Below, one piece after another: positions 57,379-64,000 of a stretch of DNA of 64,000 bases. The stretch covers positions 96,001 to 160,000 of the forward strand of contig CAWEXO010000001.1 of NCBI GenBank assembly GCA_963813025.1, read 5' to 3'. This stretch comes from an uncultured Verrucomicrobiae bacterium (lineage in GTDB: Bacteria; Verrucomicrobiota; Verrucomicrobiia; Chthoniobacterales; JAFAMB01). The position numbers were made by a program, and so were the translations under genes. Positions within the stretch are counted from its first letter, which is position 1. Every line of letters begins with the position of its first letter. The notes under the pieces are model-generated. The model searched no databases. It saw only the letters and a list, made by a program, of their open reading frames with translations, and had not been told where the DNA came from.

Positions 57379-57665
57379 GAGTTGAGCATGGCCAGGGTGT
57401 TATGAAGAACTTGCGGCTCACGGGAATCGACCACCCCGAACATTTGAAAGGTTGCTGGATTCCGGCGCGTTCGACAAAGCAAATTTCAAGCACTGGTTTT
57501 TTGTAACGCGGCCGCCAGCTCACCCGCGCTATCGCCCGCAATGATGTGCCACGGATAGCTCGATCACACCCAAACCCATCAACAACGGCACGGCTATCGC
57601 TCATCGGTCATCGGCCATGCTGGTCGTGACCTGCTGTTTAGGCTAAGTTAGCGGTCTTCAGATCT

Positions 57666-58652
57666 ATGACGCGTCGCGGGTCTCGAATCAACTGGTCGTG
57701 GGTACGTTGGCTGATTGAATCCAATCTGCGGCAACAGCCGGGGTTTCAAAAGGATTTCCGGCTTGAAGAATACATTCACTCATTTGGGCAGGGTCTTTTT
57801 TACCAGAACTATTTGTTTAGAGTGGATGGCAAGCCTTTGGTGTTAAGGCTGTCGAAGATCGAGCGCGGTTTCCAGAGCCGTGAAGAGGCTGGCATTAGTT
57901 TACGGAAAGAAGCACGAACCCTCCAGGCGTTGGGAGCTTTCGATTTGCAATTCGAGGTTCCCAGACTCGTGTGCCTCGTGAGGGATGGTTCTAGTGAGCC
58001 TGTCGGTTTGATCGAGTCAGCAGTGAGCGGTCTACCACTCTCGTGGTCGAGTGGCGTCAACCTTGAGTTGCCGCTGGAGACAATCGCGAAGGTCGCGGGC
58101 GCCACTCACAATTTACCTAAAGCGGATTTTCCGCATCTCAAGGTGTGGGCTGATAGTCGCGCGCATGTGATGGAGCAACTGGACGCTTTCCCTTTATCGC
58201 TTTTTGATGAGTTTGCAGAGGCGCAAAATTCCCGCGATTGGATTTTGCATCATTCACCGAGTGACAGGCCCTCAGTAGTCCTGCATGGGGATTTGCTTCC
58301 GCAAAACCTGTTGTTGGATACCTCGAAGAACGCCAGGATAGCCGTCCTCGACTGGGAGTGCGCGCAAATCGGGGATCCAGCTTACGATCTGGCTATCGTA
58401 ACCCGCGGCGTTCGCAAACCACTTGGAATTTCTAGTGGACTACAGCGGTTGGTTAGTTTGTATAACGAAATCGCGGCGCACAAAATCGAGCCCGCCGCGG
58501 TGATAGTGCATGAGTTGTTCCTTCATCTGAACTGGCTCGCTGAAGCTGCAGAGAAAAAGAGAAACAAGAATGCGGGTGGGCACGGACCCGAGCATTACGC
58601 GGGTTTGCTCGGAAGCATCTTGAGACGAGCGGAGGCTGTGGCAGCACGATGA
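57666..58652 (+). CDS. Aminoglycoside/choline phosphotransferase (APH) family protein
   Basis: LHGDLLPQNLL, LDWE, GDPAYDLA. Confidence 0.85.
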   Translation: MTRRGSRINWSWVRWLIESNLRQQPGFQKDFRLEEYIHSFGQGLFYQNYLFRVDGKPLVLRLSKIERGFQSREEAGISLRKEARTLQALGAFDLQFEVPRLVCLVRDGSSEPVGLIESAVSGLPLSWSSGVNLELPLETIAKVAGATHNLPKADFPHLKVWADSRAHVMEQLDAFPLSLFDEFAEAQNSRDWILHHSPSDRPSVVLHGDLLPQNLLLDTSKNARIAVLDWECAQIGDPAYDLAIVTRGVRKPLGISSGLQRLVSLYNEIAAHKIEPAAVIVHELFLHLNWLAEAAEKKRNKNAGGHGPEHYAGLLGSILRRAEAVAAR

Positions 58653-58667
58653 ACCGGTCCTGCGCCC

Positions 58668-58775
58668 TGGAGTTGCAGGAGTCGTAGGAGTTACAGGAGT
58701 TCAAGGAATTCAGGGACGCTTGGGTAGTTCGAGGAGCGTTCGTTTGCGATTTGCGATCTGCGATTTGCGATCGGT
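58668..58775. repeat. Nonamer (GGAGTTRCA) and heptamer (TTTGCGA) arrays
   Basis: Read directly. Confidence 0.75.
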
Positions 58776-58789
58776 TTCGGCGGTATCGC

Positions 58790-59020
58790 CTCTGTCGGTA
58801 GGGCGAGAATTTCATTCGAGCCGCACCGAGGAGCGGTAGGGATGAGCTCCTCGGATGAGCTCCAGACTACGGACAAGCCTTCGTCGCGGTCGGGTACGGA
58901 ATGGCACAAACGCCTGACCGGAGGGCGCGCCGTAGCCTTGCGGAGGTGGCCCGCTCGTCCAGATCGAGACGAGGCTCACCACGGGGTTGCGAGACAGCCT
59001 CTAAATTTTCCCCTACCGAT
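58790..59020. repeat. Mosaic GTAG REP cluster
   Basis: GTAGGGCGAGAATTTCATTCGAGCC, GTAGGGATGAGCTCC, GCTCGTCCAGATCGAGAC, AATTTTCCCCTAC. Confidence 0.8.
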
Positions 59021-59100
59021 CCGGTCGCAAATAAATATCAAATCGCACCGGTGTGCTCCTAAGTCCGACATATCCTCTGGAGGATCTCTCGGGGCGCATT

Positions 59101-60036
59101 TTAACTAGAACCGACCAGCCTGTCGACTTCATCGCGATAGGGCATGGACGGCGCGGTTCCTGGCCGGGTAACTGATATCCCGGCTACCGCGCACCCGTAT
59201 TTCGTCGCTTCGATAATAGATTTACCCTCGGCGAGAGCCACCGCAAAACCTCCGGCGAAAGCATCTCCCGCTCCGGTAGTTTCTACCACTTGGCCAGTAG
59301 AAAACGCCGGAACTATTTCGCGGACGCTCTGGTTTCTAACAAATGCGCCTTTTTCGCCTAATGTTAAGACCACATTCTCGACGCCCATCTGAAGCAATCG
59401 ATCGGAGAGGGTTTCAAAGTCGTGTGGATCGATCTCAGCGCCGTTTCCGATCAGGCCTGCCGCTTCCGTTTCGTTTGGTGTCAGATAGTTAACCATCGCG
59501 AGCGCGCTGAGCGGAACTGGCACAGCCGGGGCAGGATTCAAGATCACCGCAACACCGGCTTCATGAGCAATCTCAATACCGCGAATCGTCGGCGCAATCG
59601 GCAGTTCCAGTTGAGTGAGGAAAATGTCAGCCGACACAATCGCGCTGCGTGCCGCTTCGACTTCGGCAACACTTATGGTGCTACACGCGCCTGGGACAAC
59701 AACGATCGCGTTTTCGCTGGAAGCGTGATCGACCAGGATGGTCGCAGTCCCGCTGGACTCTTCCGGATGCTCAAAAATCTGGTCGAGACTCATCCCTTGT
59801 TCCTGATAGAACTTCCGAGCCATCTCGCCGAACGCGTCCCGACCGAGTTTTGTAATTAAATGAACGTCCGCGTTGAGCCGAGCGGCCGCGACCGCCTGAT
59901 TGGAACCCTTTCCGCCCGGACCCATCTTGAAGCCTGCGCCTAAAATGGTCTCACCCCAATTGGGCATTCGTACAGCCCGGCAAGTAAGATCGGCCACGAA
60001 CGCACCCAAAACGCAAATAGTTGGTCTTTTTGGGAT
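59101..60036 (-). CDS. rbsK: Ribokinase (PfkB family); start codon unclear
   Basis: GPGGKGSNQA, LNPAPA, PNETEA, ETTGAGDAF. The expected start position reads ATC. Confidence 0.85.
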   Translation of the reverse strand: MPKRPTICVLGAFVADLTCRAVRMPNWGETILGAGFKMGPGGKGSNQAVAAARLNADVHLITKLGRDAFGEMARKFYQEQGMSLDQIFEHPEESSGTATILVDHASSENAIVVVPGACSTISVAEVEAARSAIVSADIFLTQLELPIAPTIRGIEIAHEAGVAVILNPAPAVPVPLSALAMVNYLTPNETEAAGLIGNGAEIDPHDFETLSDRLLQMGVENVVLTLGEKGAFVRNQSVREIVPAFSTGQVVETTGAGDAFAGGFAVALAEGKSIIEATKYGCAVAGISVTRPGTAPSMPYRDEVDRLVGSS

Positions 60037-60038
60037 GG

Positions 60039-60857
60039 CTATTTGATCGCTCCCATCGTGAGACCGCGGGTTAAATATTTCTGGAGAAAAGTCGCCAGAA
60101 CCAGAGCCGGAACAATCGCGATGATTGCGGCAGCCGAGATCTGTCCCCACAGAATTTCGTGTCCGCCCGCGAACTGTGCGATTACGATCGGTAGCGGAAT
60201 CACCTTCGAGCCGCTGAAGATCACGGCGTAAGCAAAATCATTCCAAGCGAAGATGAAGGTAAAAAGCGCTACCACAACCAAACCGGGAGCCACCAACGGA
60301 ATCACAATGTTTCGGAAAATCTGAAGGCGTGAGGCTCCGTCCACTTTCGCTGCTTCTTCGATGTCGCGCGGGAGATCCTCAATAAAACCTCTGAGCATCC
60401 AGATGGCAAAAGGCAAGTTGAACACGGTATATGACAGAATAAGTCCGGAGTACGAGTCAACCAGTCCGGCAAAGCGAAATATGACAAAGAGGGGAAGAAT
60501 AGTAGCGATTGGCGGAAACATCCGGATCGAAAGAATCCAAAACGAAAGATTCGTCCGACCGACGTTAAATCGAGCAATCGCATAAGCCGCTGGCGCCCCG
60601 AGAAACAATGAAATCAACATTGATGAGAACGCGATCGTGAAGCTATCGAACAGTCCCTTCGCCGCTCCGCGTCCAAGCGAATCAGGATAATTTGACCACT
60701 CCGCATGCGCTGGGATCCAGATGGGTGGACGAGTAAAAAATTCCCCGCGCGCTTTAAGACTGCTTGAGACGATCCAAAACAATGGGAACAGAAAAACGAT
60801 CAACACTCCGATTAAGAGGATCCATTTCGCTGAGCCGACCAAAAAACGCCGGAGCAT
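60039..60857 (-). CDS. Carbohydrate ABC permease (MalG-like)
   Basis: EAA motif IEEAAKVDGAS, and WNDF. Confidence 0.92.
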   Translation of the reverse strand: MLRRFLVGSAKWILLIGVLIVFLFPLFWIVSSSLKARGEFFTRPPIWIPAHAEWSNYPDSLGRGAAKGLFDSFTIAFSSMLISLFLGAPAAYAIARFNVGRTNLSFWILSIRMFPPIATILPLFVIFRFAGLVDSYSGLILSYTVFNLPFAIWMLRGFIEDLPRDIEEAAKVDGASRLQIFRNIVIPLVAPGLVVVALFTFIFAWNDFAYAVIFSGSKVIPLPIVIAQFAGGHEILWGQISAAAIIAIVPALVLATFLQKYLTRGLTMGAIK

Positions 60858-60859
60858 GA

Positions 60860-61795
60860 CTAAAATCCCTCCTGCCTTAGCATGACCCCTAAAAAGATCT
60901 TTGCCGCCACCGTGACAACCAGCAGCTGGATAAATGACATCGCAGAGGCGTAGCTTGGATTGAAAAATTTGAAACCGACTAAGTAAGTAAAAAAGGTCAG
61001 CGTCTCGCTCGAATTACCTGGACCGCCCTGTGTGAGAATATAGACCAAATCGAAGGTTTTGAAGAGATCGACGCCACGCAACAGAATCCCGATTCCGGTA
61101 ACTGGCAGGATCAGCGGCAACGTAATTCGCCGAAACATGGACCATCCGTGTGCACCATCGAGTCGCGCGGCCTCGATCAATTCCTGCGGCTGGCTTTCGA
61201 TCGCAGCCAGGATTACCAAGGCGAGAAAGGGGGTCCATTGCCAGGTATCGGTCAAAAGAATCGAGACTAACGCCGTCTGGGGCGATGCAAGCCAGGCGGG
61301 CCCGTGAATGCCGAATCGCGCTAAGAGATCGTTCAGCGGACCATAAGACGCGTTGAAGATCATCCTGCCCTGCCACCCAGCTACCACCGGTGAAATAACG
61401 GCTGGTATCAGTATCGGACTTAAAAGCAGCGCTCGGTTCCTTCTTACCCGGGACAGTAATGAAGCAATGATGAATCCGAGCACCGTTTGGATGACGACTC
61501 CAGCGAACACCAGCAACAACGTCCGCACTAACGCGGTCTGGAAGCGAGTATCTTTCGTGACCAGGTTGAGGTAGTTGTCCAGGCCGATCCACCGCAGCGG
61601 TTGTGGACTACTGAATTGAAGATTCGTGAATGAAACCGCCAGAGAAAAGAGCAGCGGTGCGATCGTTACCAGGAAAAGTACGGCAACGGCGGGACCAACC
61701 ATCGACCAGGCAAACGTTTGATCATGCCTGCCCCCCGGAGCCCTCCGGCCCTCGCTCACCCTAACAGCCCGGACGTTGGAAGTAACGGTTTGCAA
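60860..61795 (-). CDS. Carbohydrate ABC permease (MalF-like)
   Basis: WIGLDNY, WQWTPF, EAARLDGA, TQGGPG. Confidence 0.92.
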   Translation of the reverse strand: MQTVTSNVRAVRVSEGRRAPGGRHDQTFAWSMVGPAVAVLFLVTIAPLLFSLAVSFTNLQFSSPQPLRWIGLDNYLNLVTKDTRFQTALVRTLLLVFAGVVIQTVLGFIIASLLSRVRRNRALLLSPILIPAVISPVVAGWQGRMIFNASYGPLNDLLARFGIHGPAWLASPQTALVSILLTDTWQWTPFLALVILAAIESQPQELIEAARLDGAHGWSMFRRITLPLILPVTGIGILLRGVDLFKTFDLVYILTQGGPGNSSETLTFFTYLVGFKFFNPSYASAMSFIQLLVVTVAAKIFLGVMLRQEGF

Positions 61796-61830
61796 GCTCC
61801 GGCTATCGACTATTGGCTATGGGCTATTTG

Positions 61831-63274
61831 CTACTGGCTAGTGGACTTGAGGAGTCCCGCCGCGCGATAGCTAGAAAGTGCGTCTTTCCAAAACTTTTTC
61901 TGGGTATCCGCCCCGAGTCGGTCAGTAATGCCTTTCCAATCTGCGGCCACTCCATCCAACGCGGTCTTCGGATCTGCTTCTCCGGAAAGGGCCTTGCCCA
62001 CCGCCAAATCCAGAGCGTCGATATATTGCGCGGCGCCGGGAATATTCAGGTCGGGGAACCCGTTTTCCAGATTGGCTTTCACCGCCGCGACATAGGCTCT
62101 TCGTTGAAGCTTCATCCGGAAATTTGTAGTGCGAGATATCGGTGAAATGGCTGATCCGGTAAGGATCTTGCCCACTCCAGTTGGCCGCGACTGTGATCGG
62201 GCTCTTGTCCAAAGAGAGATATTTCGCGACCCAATAGGCGGCTTCCTTGTTCTTCGACTTCGCCGGTACTGCCAGGACCCGGCCAACCGGCATCGGCGCC
62301 TTGTGCTGAATCTGACCGTTCACCTCGGTGCCCGGAACCTGGCCAAACCCTGCTTTGCCAACAATTTTACTGAGTTGCGGATCCGCGGTCTTTTTTCCGA
62401 CATCCGACCATTGCACCACCATGGCAATATCACCGTTCAAAAACGCATTTTTAAGCTCCTCGTACCCGTAGCTCAGCACATCTGGAGGACAGAATTTCAG
62501 GCTATCGACCATGTTTTGCAGCCCTTCGACCGCTGCGGCCGTGTTGATCTGCGGGTTCATATTTTCATCAAAATAAATTCCACCCGCGCTCGCGAAACGG
62601 GCTAAGAACCAGCCGTAACTAAATCCGCGCGCTCCGTACTCGCCGGCACCGTAGAACGCTCGATTGAGTTTTTGACCGGCCAACATGTCACCCGGTTTTC
62701 GGGTAAAGAATTCTGCGACTTCTAACCATTCTTTCCAGCTTGCCGGCGGAGCCAGCTCCCGATTGTACTTCTTTTTGAAGGCGGCTTTTTCCTCGGGATT
62801 CTCAAAAAGATCTTTGCGGTAGTAAAGCATCAGCACGTCTCCATCATAGGGCAAGGCATAAGTCTTCCCTGCCCATTTGCAGTAGATCTCCCGGTAGGGC
62901 GGTTCTACTTCGGCCATATTCGGATCCCAAACGGAAGCGGGCGTTTTCTTCATGTACTCGTCCAGCGGTTCCAGATAACCGTTGCCGGCGAAGTCACCAA
63001 TGTAGGAGGGATAAAAAATCACCATGTCATACTCGTCGGAACCAGCGACAAAACTGGTCTTCAGCTTATCGTAGAGGCCGGTGAAGGTTGCTCCGACTTG
63101 TTTGATGGTTACGCCGGCCTTGGTGAAATCATCCTCGTACTTGTTGAGCGATTCCATGTTCTGACCGGCATCGCCGATGACCGTGATGGTGACATTGTTG
63201 AAATGCGGCAGCTCAGCCGAGCCGGTGCTTGCGGCCATCAAAGCGAACCAAAGAGGGAGGAATTTGGGTTTCAT
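61831..63274 (-). CDS. Carbohydrate ABC substrate-binding protein, frameshift near 62100
   Basis: Signal peptide, YALPYDGD, YYRKDLF; the C-terminus (PDLNIPG...ALSGE.DPK.ALD) is in another frame. Confidence 0.82.
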
Positions 63275-63387
63275 CGTAGGGGGCTTCCAGGGTGGAGGCG
63301 CCAGCAACCGTCGGCGATAATTCTCCGGGGCTCGCCAGTCGACTCTGCTCCATCATTAGAGCCCATCGCTCAACTGTTGTAAAATAT

Positions 63388-64000
63388 CCGCGTCCGAAAA
63401 CACTGGGTATTTCTTGGGGACGAACGATGGCGGCAATGGTCAGGTGGATGCCTCGTCAATGGAACCGCGGATTACATGTAGTGGTGCTGAACGGCGGTAT
63501 CGGTCGAACGAATTCTCCGAGCCAACCCGTCGATGTTGCGGTAAGAATGGCCGCTTCGGCGTCCGGCTTTGCCACCATTATGCCCGTCCCCGCGATCCTC
63601 GGGCTGGCCACCACCAAAGAAGCGCTAGAGAGAGATCCGACGATCTCTACGGTGCTCGCCGCGGCCGCCGAGACGCCCATTGCTTGCTTTACCGTGGGCG
63701 CTCTTTCCCATCATTCGGTTCATGTCGAGTCCGGCAATCTGACGAAAGCCGAAATAGCACAGCTTCGCCGGAAAGGGGCGGTCGGCGATATCTTGGGTCG
63801 ATTTATCAATCGCGAGGGCGACATTGCCGACGAAGAGATTGATGCCCGGACAATTGGCCTCGCCCCAAAAGCATTACGGGACAAGGAACGCTCAATCTGT
63901 GTGGCGGGCGGAAAAACTAAGCACGCTGCAGTCCGTGCCGGCTTAATCGCCCGCTATTACAACGTGTTGGTAACCGATGAACAAACGGCTAAGTTTCTTT
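63388..64000 (+). CDS. SorC/DeoR-type sugar-binding effector domain, no N-terminal HTH seen (runs off window end)
   Basis: Manual translation gives LGISWGRT, LNGG, GAVGDILGRF, RTIG, VAGGKTK, LVTDEQTA. Confidence 0.8.

Noticed and set aside
57666..58652. APH protein as an antibiotic resistance gene
   Set aside because: Only superfamily motifs are visible; the substrate cannot be assigned.

Overview
This is a bacterial chromosomal window of moderately high GC. Gene content and order (mcsA-mcsB-clpC, folP-cdaA-glmM-bioD, fused secDF, long nagB) suggest a soil Verrucomicrobiota-like organism; that is inference, not proof. Roughly 4-23 kb is housekeeping: rplU-rpmA, trmL, ilvE, mcsAB-clpC, folP-cdaA-mini-cdaR-glmM-bioD, folB, dciA, ferredoxin, hemQ-like, larE, yajC-secDF. 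Roughly 23-64 kb is accessory metabolism: two sugar ABC systems, an apparent oxidative D-apiose/apionate cluster, dehydrogenases, hydrolases, ddl, an amidase, nagB and rbsK. Intergenic DNA is full of GTAG-type REP/REPIN elements and 6/7/9-bp tandem repeats. The best finding is an intact IS110-family element (about 11179-12863) inserted into a GTAG REP. Its 378-bp non-coding end folds into a bridge-RNA-like structure whose two internal loops carry guides matching the reconstructed target site and the element's own circle junction, apparently including post-exchange handshake bases. Circularisation would build a TTGCCA-N17-TATAGC promoter, and an extra 5' hairpin holds a 10-nt copy of the target flank. 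A degenerate IS481 element (6-bp TSD) also sits inside a REP, and an IS256 element abuts one. Several single-base frameshifts may be assembly errors. No tRNA, rRNA or CRISPR array was seen.
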